Positions 1 through 8,504 of a stretch of DNA of 28,771 bases are shown one piece after another (position 1 is the stretch's first letter; every line of letters starts with the position of its first letter). Made by a program: the position numbers and the translations under genes. Source of the stretch: a virus (Duplodnaviria > Caudoviricetes); IMG/VR virus record IMGVR_UViG_3300038379_000184, positions 1-28,771 of that record; one strand, given 5' to 3'. The notes beneath the pieces were generated by a model. That model was not told where the DNA came from and did no database searches. It saw only the letters and a program-made list of their open reading frames with translations.

Positions 1-17
1 CTGTAGAGCGGGCGATC

Positions 18-572
18 CTACCCCACGGGCGCGAGGAGGTTCTGGTCCCAGATCACGCGGTCGCAGGCCAGTTCCATCTCCATGACCATGAGTTCGCCGT
101 TCGTGAAGTCCACGGCGATGTCCGGCATCTTGGTCGGCCAGATGCCCTCCAGCCGCGCCGTGCGCTCGCCGGTGCCGTCCGACTGGAACAGCACGAGGTT
201 GCCGGTCGTCTTGACCAGCCCCATCGGCAGCATGAGGCCCGTCTCCTCGTTGAACACGAGGGAGAACCACTGGAACAGGATGCGCCGCGTGCCCGGGAGG
301 ATGAAGTCCCGGAACGTGACGGTGATGTTCCCCTGCGGCTCGGGCTTCGTGGCGTACTTCGAGACGCCGTTCAGGTAGTGCAGGTCCGCGGTGCCGACCA
401 CGCGGCCGGGCACCGTGAACTGCTGCACCGAGAGGATGAGGACTTCCTTCGCACCAGGGATCAACTGGTCGAGGTTGAGTTCCAGCATCCCCATGTTCTG
501 CTTCTGGACGTTCCAGATGCTCGCCGCTTGCGCGAGGATGTTGCCCGCGTAACGGTACTGCGAAACCGGCAT
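18..572 (-). CDS. Tail tube protein (T4 gp19-like), 184 aa
   Basis: Directly downstream of the sheath. Tube-like pattern 'ITVTFRD...LFQWF...ARLEGIWPTKMPDIAVDF...MEMELACD'. Shine-Dalgarno (SD) AGGAGG upstream of the ATG. Confidence 0.88.
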   Translation of the reverse strand: MPVSQYRYAGNILAQAASIWNVQKQNMGMLELNLDQLIPGAKEVLILSVQQFTVPGRVVGTADLHYLNGVSKYATKPEPQGNITVTFRDFILPGTRRILFQWFSLVFNEETGLMLPMGLVKTTGNLVLFQSDGTGERTARLEGIWPTKMPDIAVDFTNGELMVMEMELACDRVIWDQNLLAPVG

Positions 573-621
573 GTTCTACGCCTCCTGAGCCTGCTGCTCT
601 TGTTCTGCCTTACCGCCCGCC

Positions 622-3600
622 CTACGCCGCCGCCGCCACGTCCGCGAAGTCGGCACCCGTCGGGGTGAGGATGATGTCGAAGTCGATGTACTCCGTCGCA
701 CGGGCGGGCTTGATGAACACCTTGCACCGCACGCGGAGGTTGTCGATGTCGTCCGCCGTGGTGGTCGTGCCGTCGCAGACCACGAAGTAGTCCTGGAGAC
801 CGCGGCGCTCCTTCATGGGCGCCAGCACCGACTCCACGAACGCCTTGATCGAACGCCACAGGAGCGTGTCGTTCAACTCGAACTGGAACTCCTTCGCCCC
901 AGCGTCGAGCTTGTTCATGATGACGTTCACGGTCCACGACACGTTGATCCGGTCGAGGCTCGTCGCCGCCCGCTGGGCCGTGCGCTGGCCGTTCAACTGG
1001 AGCCCGCGGCCCGAGTAGGCCGCGATGCAGTTGACGATTTCCGTGCGCTGGCCGATGAGGCCGTAGACGAGGTTCTGGTCATCGAGTTCGACCGAGTACT
1101 TCACCGCGTCCGCCAGCACGCGCCCGCGGCGCCCACCGGCGATGGGGAACCACGGCTCCGCCACGTCGGCGGTGTAGGCCACGAGGGCCGCCACGTCGCC
1201 GTCCGGCGGCTCGGTGACCTGCTGGTTCGTGTACTGGTCCAGGTAGAGGAGCCAGGGCGCGAACACGGCCATGAGCCGCGAGTCGATGGCGACCGACGGC
1301 GGGAACGGCACGCGCGCCGTCGGGACCGGCGGGAGCGACGGCCCCGAGTTGTACTCGCCGTTCACGAAGTCGCGCACCTCGAACACGTCGTCGCTGTCCG
1401 GGGTCGGCACGATGCCGATGGCCCGGCGCCCCTTGCGCTCGCAGAGCGACTGGAGCGCCGTGATGACCGGGGCGTGCCACTGGCCCGGGACCATGATCCA
1501 GTCGAGGGGCACGATGTCCGGGTTGCGGAACATCTGGAGGCCGGTCGTGACCGAGCCCACCTTCGTGCCCACCACGTCCGCGTTCGTGAACGCGCCGCTC
1601 ATGCCGACCTGCTGCGTGGCGGTCAGGTCCACGTCGAGGATGCCGGCGTCGTCGGTCACCTCGGCCCGGATGTAGTCCGAGCCGTTGAGCGGGTCGTTGA
1701 TCGACTCCGCCAGGTCCGCCAGGGTCGGCGCCTGCCCGAACGACTCGATGATGTTCAGCGCGCCGAAGTAGACGCGGCACATCAGCGTCCCGGCCAGGCT
1801 CGGGTCGGAGAGCACCTCCAGCCACAGGCCGTCGGTGAGGATCGTCCGGTGGTTGCCGATGTCGCCGGGGTAGCGGCTCGTGAAGTGGATCACCACCTCG
1901 TCGGCCGCGACGAACACCGCCTCATCGAGCAGCGGCGCGCTGGTCCACTGGATGGACGTGGTGCCGTCGCGCATGTCGAGGAAGTTGTCCGGGTCGGTCG
2001 GCGCGGCGACGTTCTGCGTCCAGTGGTCGGCGTCCGCCGTGGTCCCGAGCGTGGCGAAGGACACCTGCGGGTCACCGGACCCGAAGGCGCTCGCCTGCGC
2101 GCCCTGGAAGGCCACGAGGCGGTTCGCCTGCCGGCGGAACGGCGCGGGCTCCAGCGTGCCGGTGAACACGGTGGTGGTCCCGTCACCGAAGCCGAGGATG
2201 CCGGCCACCGGCATGTACACCGCCGTCATCGTGCCGTTGTCGAGCACGTCGAAGGTGTTGTTGCCCGTGGGCACCAAGTCGAGCGTGATGGCGAACTCGC
2301 CCGTGGTGTGGTCGAGGAAGTTCGTCCCGTTGTAGTCGTTCGCCGCCGCGGGCGCGGTCAGGTCGAGGCCCGCCGCGTTCGCGGTGATGTCCGCGAGGAA
2401 CTGCGGGCCGGTGCCGCGCAGGTTCCGCCGCGCCTTGTCGAACGGGTTCTGCGTGTAGGTCGCGGTGACCTGCGCCGAGGCGCCGACGACCGCCGAGAAG
2501 GTGACCGTCCAGGCGCCGGTGGTGTAGTCGATGGAGCCGGTCACCGCGACGGCGCGCGGGTCACCGCGCGGCCGGTCGAGCCAGCCGCCCACCCCGTTGT
2601 CGTAGATGGTGACCGGGCTGCCGCCCACGTCGTCGCAGGTCAGCACCACGCTGCCCGGCGACACCGGCCCGACGAAGGCGTAGGCGCCCGGGTCGGTGTT
2701 CGCCACCGTCGCGTCGCCGCCCGCGTCGCTCGGCTGGAGCACCTGCGACTTCGCGGCGTCCGCCTCGCCAGGGACGGCGCCGCCGCCCATGTTGATGACC
2801 TGGATGTCGTAGCGCGCGCCGATGGTCGCGGCGGTCACCGCCGGGAACAGAACGCCGCCCACGGGGTCCCAGGTCGTGACCGTCCAGGCGCCGGTGCGGT
2901 AGTTGATCGTGCCCGCGACCGCGACGCCGGGCTGGCCGATGGGCGCGGTGCGCCAGCCACCGAGGCCGTCGTCGTAGATCGCCGGCGGCACGGGGTCGGT
3001 CGGGTGGGCCGGGGTCATGATGATGGACCCGGGCACGATCCAGCCCGCCAGCGTCTTGAGCGTGGCGACCGAGGACGCGGCGCCGGCCGCGCCGAGCGCC
3101 GCCGTGCCCACCTGCTCGTTGATCGGGACCGTGATGACGGCCTTGTTCGCGTTGAAGAAGCCGGGGGCCAGCTTGAAGCGCGAGAGGTTGCCCGCGTACG
3201 CGCCCAGGCCCGCCGCCGTGGCGCCGACCGACTCCGACACCGCCTTCGTGAAGATGGCCCCGAAGGTGCCGGAGGCGAAGAAGGTCGAGCCCGAGGCGAG
3301 GATGTTCACCCCGTACGCGCCCGTGCGGTAGTCCACGTACCCCAGCACGCCCGCCGCGCCCTGGAGGATGCCGAGGCCGGCGCCGCCCGGGGCGTAGGAC
3401 AGGTTGGCGTTGTCCGTCAACTCCACGAACGCCGAGGCGCCCGTCTGGCAGCGGATGGTGAAGGTGCCCGGGACCACCGGCTGGCCGACCGTGCCGTAGG
3501 CGATGGTCTGGCCCGCGAGGGCGGCGTCGATGGTGCGGATGTCGGTGAACACGCGCGAGCCGGCCACCGAGTTCATCGTGCCGAAGAAGCGGCGCCCGGC

Positions 3601-4245
3601 GACGCCCGAGGTGGCCGAGGACGCGCTCGCGCTCTTGGCGAAGGCGCCGTCGTCGCCGCCGGAGAACAGCCGCGGGCTGAGGGCCCCGGTGACCGGGTTC
3701 AGCGTGGCCGCGGGGAAGGTGTTGCCCGCGCCCTGGGCAAGCTGCACCTGGATGTTCCGCGACGAGTTGTTGATGCGCGTCTCCACGATGCCGTTGTTCA
3801 GGCCCACGTAGGCATCGGAGCCGACGGGCTGGCCGTCCTGGAATACCTGGAGGTTGTAGGTCTGCGTCCCGTTGTGCGTGATGGCGACCGAGAGGCCGCC
3901 GTTGTTCGCCCACGAGCCCGGGCTCGACGCCGACACGAGGAGGATCGGCGTGATGCCGTCCGCGGCGTAGAGCGTGAGGGTCGCCGTCGCCAGGTTCGGC
4001 CCGGCGATGCGGACGAACTTGCCCTGGTCGCCGCGCGCCAGGTACCTGTTGAACGCCCGCTGGGCGTAGAGGCGGTCGAGCGGCTTGCCGTGCGTGCCGG
4101 CGAAGTTGCCCTCGTCGGTGAAGTCGGTCAGCCGGTTGACCGGGCCCTTCGTCGCGGGCCCGACGCAGCCCATGACCGCGTTCGTGGTGCGCGGAGCGTA
4201 GAGCGTCAGGTCCGTGACGCGAATGTTGATCTGCGGTGCGACCAT
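622..4245 (-). CDS. Contractile tail sheath protein (T4 gp18-like), 1207 aa, with a large central insertion of repeated beta modules
   Basis: N-terminal 'VGPATKGPVN'. C-terminal sheath motifs 'PWFPIAGGRRG', 'FQFELNDTLLW', 'RGLQDYFVVCD...IDNLRVRCKVFIKPARATEYIDFDI'. Confidence 0.95.
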   Translation of the reverse strand: MVAPQINIRVTDLTLYAPRTTNAVMGCVGPATKGPVNRLTDFTDEGNFAGTHGKPLDRLYAQRAFNRYLARGDQGKFVRIAGPNLATATLTLYAADGITPILLVSASSPGSWANNGGLSVAITHNGTQTYNLQVFQDGQPVGSDAYVGLNNGIVETRINNSSRNIQVQLAQGAGNTFPAATLNPVTGALSPRLFSGGDDGAFAKSASASSATSGVAGRRFFGTMNSVAGSRVFTDIRTIDAALAGQTIAYGTVGQPVVPGTFTIRCQTGASAFVELTDNANLSYAPGGAGLGILQGAAGVLGYVDYRTGAYGVNILASGSTFFASGTFGAIFTKAVSESVGATAAGLGAYAGNLSRFKLAPGFFNANKAVITVPINEQVGTAALGAAGAASSVATLKTLAGWIVPGSIIMTPAHPTDPVPPAIYDDGLGGWRTAPIGQPGVAVAGTINYRTGAWTVTTWDPVGGVLFPAVTAATIGARYDIQVINMGGGAVPGEADAAKSQVLQPSDAGGDATVANTDPGAYAFVGPVSPGSVVLTCDDVGGSPVTIYDNGVGGWLDRPRGDPRAVAVTGSIDYTTGAWTVTFSAVVGASAQVTATYTQNPFDKARRNLRGTGPQFLADITANAAGLDLTAPAAANDYNGTNFLDHTTGEFAITLDLVPTGNNTFDVLDNGTMTAVYMPVAGILGFGDGTTTVFTGTLEPAPFRRQANRLVAFQGAQASAFGSGDPQVSFATLGTTADADHWTQNVAAPTDPDNFLDMRDGTTSIQWTSAPLLDEAVFVAADEVVIHFTSRYPGDIGNHRTILTDGLWLEVLSDPSLAGTLMCRVYFGALNIIESFGQAPTLADLAESINDPLNGSDYIRAEVTDDAGILDVDLTATQQVGMSGAFTNADVVGTKVGSVTTGLQMFRNPDIVPLDWIMVPGQWHAPVITALQSLCERKGRRAIGIVPTPDSDDVFEVRDFVNGEYNSGPSLPPVPTARVPFPPSVAIDSRLMAVFAPWLLYLDQYTNQQVTEPPDGDVAALVAYTADVAEPWFPIAGGRRGRVLADAVKYSVELDDQNLVYGLIGQRTEIVNCIAAYSGRGLQLNGQRTAQRAATSLDRINVSWTVNVIMNKLDAGAKEFQFELNDTLLWRSIKAFVESVLAPMKERRGLQDYFVVCDGTTTTADDIDNLRVRCKVFIKPARATEYIDFDIILTPTGADFADVAAAA

Positions 4246-4249
4246 CGCT

Positions 4250-4960
4250 TTAGTCCTCCGCGCTCACGTTGAGCGTCTCCAGCAACTCGTTGCTGTCCTG
4301 ATCGAAGATGTCGATGAAGATGTCGCGAACGATGCGACCTTCCTCGGGCTTGTAAGGCAGGTAGAACTCGTAGCGCCCCTGCCAGGAGAGGCGCACTTCC
4401 TTGTTCCCTGCGGCGTACTCCAGGTTCGTGTTGTCGGTCCACCCCTGCGAACGCAGGAGCCGACCGCGCGTGCGCCCGTACACCTTCGCGTGCTCGAACA
4501 CGTCGAAGGGGGGCTTGTACCACTTGTCGAGCGTCCAGTCGATGGGGAGGTAGACGCTCTCCGCCGGGAACTGCATGTCGATCTGCGCGGCGACCACCTC
4601 CGCGATCTTGTTCCCGCCCTCCCCGCACCACAGGTCCACCTGGATGTCGCACGCCTGCGGCTGCGGGAAGCGCATCGCGAGCGCGGTCCCCGTCTTGAGG
4701 TTCCGGTTGATGCCGCGCACCACCGCGCGGCTGTCGCGCTGGGGCTCGAACACCGGATGCGAGCGCCAGATGGACATGAACGGCGCCGGCGTGGGCTGGT
4801 CCTCCACCTGCTGCCCCGTGAGGCCGGTCTTGGCCGCCACCACGCGCCGCGCCTGCGTGTGCGCGCGGTCCGGGGAGGCGAACACGGTCATCACCGGCTC
4901 GCCGCCCCACTGCGCCTGGGCGAAGAACTCGCGGATGGGGTCGAGGACGGGGAAGTACAC
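4250..4960 (-). CDS. Probable tail terminator / tail completion protein (gp15-like position), 236 aa
   Basis: Immediately upstream of the sheath. 'PAPFMSIWR...F.P.R' and 'PQPQACDIQVDLW' resemble tail-terminator motifs. GTG start abuts the upstream stop codon. Confidence 0.6.
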   Translation of the reverse strand: MYFPVLDPIREFFAQAQWGGEPVMTVFASPDRAHTQARRVVAAKTGLTGQQVEDQPTPAPFMSIWRSHPVFEPQRDSRAVVRGINRNLKTGTALAMRFPQPQACDIQVDLWCGEGGNKIAEVVAAQIDMQFPAESVYLPIDWTLDKWYKPPFDVFEHAKVYGRTRGRLLRSQGWTDNTNLEYAAGNKEVRLSWQGRYEFYLPYKPEEGRIVRDIFIDIFDQDSNELLETLNVSAED

Positions 4961-5578
4961 CTACGCCCCCTTCCTCAGCGCCTTGCGCAGCGCATCCGCG
5001 CGGATCTTCTTGCGACGCTTCTTCACGATGTCCTTCACGACCGCGAGCACGGGGCCCCAATGGGGCCGCTTCGGCATCTTCGAGGTGCCGAACTCATGGA
5101 ACGCGGCGAGCACGCGGTGCGTGACGCCAGCGTCGGGGTGCTTTCCAGGCTTCGGGCGGACCGTGTAGTAGGTCACGCCGTTCTCCGTGCCCTTGAACAC
5201 CTCGATGCCGTAGGTGTACTCGCCCGAAGCGATGAGCTTGCGGCCGTCCTGGTCCGCGGCGGCCTTCCGCTCGACGGTGCTCGGAGCCAGCGGGGCGTGC
5301 CGGAAGGGCTTCCGGTCCGCCGTCGGGATGTCCGGCCGCCGCTCGCGCTCAGGGCGAGCCACGGTCGCGGCTCCAGGCGCCTGCGGCTTCGCCGCGTAAA
5401 GCCGGTCGAGGACCATCTCGCGGCTCTCCTCCGCGATCACGCGAAGCTGAACCGCCGTCATCTCCTCCAGCCGACGGTAGAGGCGGATGTGGAAGGACTC
5501 GATGAGTTCCTTGCCGTCCGGCCCGGTCCGCTTGACGAGTTCGCGCCCCTCGCGCGTGGTCAGCTTCACCCGGGCCAC
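4961..5578 (-). CDS. Virion morphogenesis / tail completion protein (HK97 gp10 / Mu gpG-like), ~205 aa
   Basis: Motifs 'APLAPSTVERK...KLIASGEY' and 'AAFHEFGTSKMPKRPHW'. Start reassigned from 6127 to the GTG at 5578 (GGAGGG upstream, short overlap with the previous gene's end); the upstream part of the 388-aa ORF is out-of-frame overlap with the 227-aa gene. Confidence 0.8.
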   Translation of the reverse strand: MARVKLTTREGRELVKRTGPDGKELIESFHIRLYRRLEEMTAVQLRVIAEESREMVLDRLYAAKPQAPGAATVARPERERRPDIPTADRKPFRHAPLAPSTVERKAAADQDGRKLIASGEYTYGIEVFKGTENGVTYYTVRPKPGKHPDAGVTHRVLAAFHEFGTSKMPKRPHWGPVLAVVKDIVKKRRKKIRADALRKALRKGA

Positions 5579-6249
5579 GAGACATCCCTCCCCGCCCGGG
5601 GCACCACCGGGTCGCTGGTGGGCGGGACGAGTTGCGAGCGAAGCACCTCGGGGAAGGTCGCGTCCATGCGCAGCATGGTCGCGGTCCCCTTCCACGCCAT
5701 CACCGTGCCCTGCGGGCTCAGGGACATCTCGTAGTCCGGCTCCATCTGCGCGATGCGGTGGTGCTTCCTGCGGAACAGGAACACGTCGCCCGCCCTGGGG
5801 ATGAACAAGGGCTGGCTCGCCTTGAACGGTCCCTCCTCGTGGCCGTGCGTCTCCTCGGTCGCGAGCGTGGCCTCGCGGTCGTCCTTCACACCGAACACGG
5901 CGCCGAGCCGCGCGCACTCGGCGCGGCTGATGTTGATGCGCACCTCGCCCTCGGTGCCCACCTCGACGGTGCCGCGCTTGGCCCCCTTCTGCTTCACGGT
6001 GTCGTCCACGAGCAGGTGGACCCCGTGCGGGCCGTCGAACTTGCGGTAGATGGCCGGGTTCTCGTAGTACGTGTCGTCGGGCGCCGCCCCACCCTCGTCC
6101 TGGTCGGTGAGGTAGCGCCAGTACCACTTGAGCGGGACGTTGCGCCGGTCGTTGGCGCTCTGCACGCGCAGCGACACCCGCTCATGCGCCGTGTAGCGCG
6201 TGGGCCACAGCCCACGGTCGTACGACCTGATGGCGGCGTCGTCGCTCAT
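5566..6249 (-). CDS. Probable head-closure / neck protein (gp14-like position), 227 aa
   Basis: Lies between the neck and tail completion genes. 'IPRAGDVFLFRRKHHRI' matches the P..GD....(Y/F).I pattern of head-closure beta-barrels. Confidence 0.5.
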   Translation of the reverse strand: MSDDAAIRSYDRGLWPTRYTAHERVSLRVQSANDRRNVPLKWYWRYLTDQDEGGAAPDDTYYENPAIYRKFDGPHGVHLLVDDTVKQKGAKRGTVEVGTEGEVRINISRAECARLGAVFGVKDDREATLATEETHGHEEGPFKASQPLFIPRAGDVFLFRRKHHRIAQMEPDYEMSLSPQGTVMAWKGTATMLRMDATFPEVLRSQLVPPTSDPVVPRAGRDVSWPG

Positions 6250-6330
6250 GCCTCAACCTAGCGCCGTGAGCGCGTGCCCACGTCTCGCCGGGGTCCAGCT
6301 TACGCGACTGATCCGACGTAGGCAACGGAT

Positions 6331-6363
6331 GCTCGCGCCCGAAGTCACCCTCCGGGCGCGAGC
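6331..6363 (-). terminator. GC-rich hairpin, candidate intrinsic terminator
   Basis: Perfect 11-bp inverted repeat GCTCGCGCCCG/CGGGCGCGAGC with an 11-nt loop, 9 nt after the stop of 6373..6687. No U-tract. Confidence 0.55.
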
Positions 6364-6372
6364 GCCGCCCCA

Positions 6373-6687
6373 CTACAGGAAGCGGACCGCCACCGTGTCG
6401 CGCTGGTTGGACCCGGCACGGATGGTGAGGGTCGCGTCCCCCTTCACGCCGACCTCGCTGGGGCCGACCGTGACGATGGCCCGCCCCTGGGGATCGAGCG
6501 TCGCCTCGACGGGGGTGACCTTGAGCGGCGCGCTCGTCTCGATGACGAGCTTGCCGTTGCCGAGCCCGCTGCCCGGCTTCCGCTGGACGACCAGCTTCTC
6601 CTTGCTGTAGCCGTCCGCCGTGATGCGGAGCCCGTCCTTCGGGACGGGGCCCGCCGTGCGCTCCAGGGTGATGGTGAAGTCGGCCAT
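6373..6687 (-). CDS. Small Ig-like (Big_1-like) virion protein, 104 aa
   Basis: All-beta pattern with 'EATLDPQGRAIVTV...GDATLTI'. Strong SD (AAGGAG). Confidence 0.65.
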   Translation of the reverse strand: MADFTITLERTAGPVPKDGLRITADGYSKEKLVVQRKPGSGLGNGKLVIETSAPLKVTPVEATLDPQGRAIVTVGPSEVGVKGDATLTIRAGSNQRDTVAVRFL

Positions 6688-6717
6688 GTTCTTGTTCTCC
6701 TTGTTCCTTGTTAGGGC

Positions 6718-7302
6718 CTAGACCCACACGGCCTTGAAGGTGCGCTCGGGCATCGTGCCGGAGCGCAGGGCGATGGCGACCTCACCCCGGAGGCTGCTCG
6801 CGCCGACGACGAAGCTCGCCTGGCCGTTCCCGTCGAGGGTGACCTGCGCGGCGTTCACCGGGCAGATGCCCTGCGGCTTGATATGGACGACCTCGGCGTG
6901 CCCGGCGTCGTCGGTGCCGTCGCCCTTCTTGTACTGGATCGTGAGCGTGGCGCTGTCCACGTTGTTCGCCGCCTGCTCGAAGTCGGCGCCGTTCTCCAGC
7001 ACGTCGGTCCCGTTCTTGACCACGAAGTACTCGGCCGAGCGCGCCACCAGGTCGTCCAGCGTCGCCTCGTCCTGCGCGCTCAGGTCGTGGTCGAACTGGA
7101 CGAACAGGTGGATGTCGTCGCCCACCAGCCCCAGGTCGAGCAGCGGGTTGGCCGGCGAGGGCTCGGCCGCGTCCGGGATGGTGGTCTTGATGAGGTCCAC
7201 GAGATGGTCCGACTGCCCGGGGTTCTCCTCGGGGTTCCACTGACCGCCCGGGATCGCCTGGGCGATGACGTACTGGTAACGGCCGGGGCTGATCGAAGGC
7301 AT
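6718..7302 (-). CDS. Virion protein with C-terminal Ig-like domain, 194 aa
   Basis: 'AANNVDSATLTIQ...VTLDGNGQASFVVGAS...GEVAI' is similar to the adjacent 104-aa protein. SD AGGAGGAG. Confidence 0.65.
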   Translation of the reverse strand: MPSISPGRYQYVIAQAIPGGQWNPEENPGQSDHLVDLIKTTIPDAAEPSPANPLLDLGLVGDDIHLFVQFDHDLSAQDEATLDDLVARSAEYFVVKNGTDVLENGADFEQAANNVDSATLTIQYKKGDGTDDAGHAEVVHIKPQGICPVNAAQVTLDGNGQASFVVGASSLRGEVAIALRSGTMPERTFKAVWV

Positions 7303-7336
7303 GGGGTTCTCCTCCTGCTCCTAGTTGGGGCGCCCC

Positions 7337-8494
7337 TCAAGAGAGGCGGCGGATGCGTAGTGTACGCTGGAGCATGGTTCCGGTGGAAGCACTCACCCTC
7401 CACTGACCTGTGATGGCTTGGCAGCCGGTGGTCGTCACAAGGGCGCTGCTTGCGAAGCCGATGCGGCTGTTGTTGCCGTCCGCTGTGGCACGCGGCGACT
7501 CCGGGGCCTGCGTGCCGTTCGCGTTACCCCCTGTCCCGGTGTAGATGGACATGGTGTTCGTGCCGGAGCCGCTGTTACCGCCCGAGCCCTGAAACGAGAC
7601 CTCGTAGGTGCCAAGGCTCGGGGTGACGATCATGCCTGTCGCGACTACCGCCGTCGTACTGACGGTCGTGACGGTCCCGGTCGCCGTGTAAAAGCGCGGG
7701 CGACCCTGGACCGCCCACGAACCGGAGCCCTTGTAGATGGCCGTGGCGGTCTCCAGCGGATCGCCCACTCCGGTCACGAGCGTCGAGAGACCGGCGGTGG
7801 GCGGATTGAAAGCCCAGCCCGAGCCCGTGGTGTAAGTCGCGACCTTGTTGCCGTGGCCCGTGAACGAGCCGGCCGCGGTCCCCTGCTGAAGCCCGGTGAT
7901 GATCGCCTTCGTTCCGTTCGCCGGATTGCCGCCGGAACCGCTCGCGAGCTTCGTCCACGCGCCAGCCGTCAGACCCGGAGGCGGGGTGGCCCCGGTGTAT
8001 ACCACGAGGTCGCCCTGGTTGAACGCGGACCACCAGCCCGCCGGAGAGGCACCGACGATGTAGGCGTCGCTCTCGCACGGGGCCTGGAGCGTCGTGCTTC
8101 CGCTCGTCGTGCCCGTGTAGTTGGCCGTGAGCGTAAGCGACGTATTCGAGGCGATGGCCGAAACGGTGTAGCTCGTGCCGTTCTGGCTCGCGAAGCGAAT
8201 GATCGCCCCGACGTGCAGAGCCGTCAGGAACGCCGTGCCGGTGCCCGTGACCGTCGCGGACCCGTTGGTGACCGCGACGGTTCCCGCGATGGCCGGCGGC
8301 TGCGCCAGGCCGTCTCGGATGAGGTTCGGCGTCAGGACGACGAGCAACTGCGCCGTGGCGACTACGCCGGTGAGCAGCGCGCCGCTGACGGCCGGCAATC
8401 CGGGAGTGCCCCCGCCCGCGTCCACGAGCTTGGGCACGTCCCCGACTGCCGTGCCGCCACGGATCTGGTCGCCGTCTATGGTTGATGTCGCCAT
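7337..8494 (-). CDS. Fibre/appendage-like virion protein with DUF2793-like segments, 385 aa
   Basis: G/T/A/S-rich. 'DAYIVGASPAGWW...GDLVVY' and 'AAGSFTGHGNKVATY...GWAFNPPTAG' resemble DUF2793. 'GTVAVTNGSATVTGTGTAF' is a fibre-type module. Confidence 0.55.
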   Translation of the reverse strand: MATSTIDGDQIRGGTAVGDVPKLVDAGGGTPGLPAVSGALLTGVVATAQLLVVLTPNLIRDGLAQPPAIAGTVAVTNGSATVTGTGTAFLTALHVGAIIRFASQNGTSYTVSAIASNTSLTLTANYTGTTSGSTTLQAPCESDAYIVGASPAGWWSAFNQGDLVVYTGATPPPGLTAGAWTKLASGSGGNPANGTKAIITGLQQGTAAGSFTGHGNKVATYTTGSGWAFNPPTAGLSTLVTGVGDPLETATAIYKGSGSWAVQGRPRFYTATGTVTTVSTTAVVATGMIVTPSLGTYEVSFQGSGGNSGSGTNTMSIYTGTGGNANGTQAPESPRATADGNNSRIGFASSALVTTTGCQAITGQWRVSASTGTMLQRTLRIRRLS

Positions 8495-8504
8495 GGCGAC
8501 CTCG

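Noticed and set aside
18-4960. Tailocin, eCIS or T6SS interpretation of the sheath and tube genes
   Set aside because: Capsid, protease and neck genes are in the same module, indicating a complete phage.
5579-6127. N-terminal extension of the 388-aa ORF
   Set aside because: Out-of-frame overlap with the 227-aa gene and low-complexity Arg-rich translation. The GTG at 5578 with an SD is the better start.
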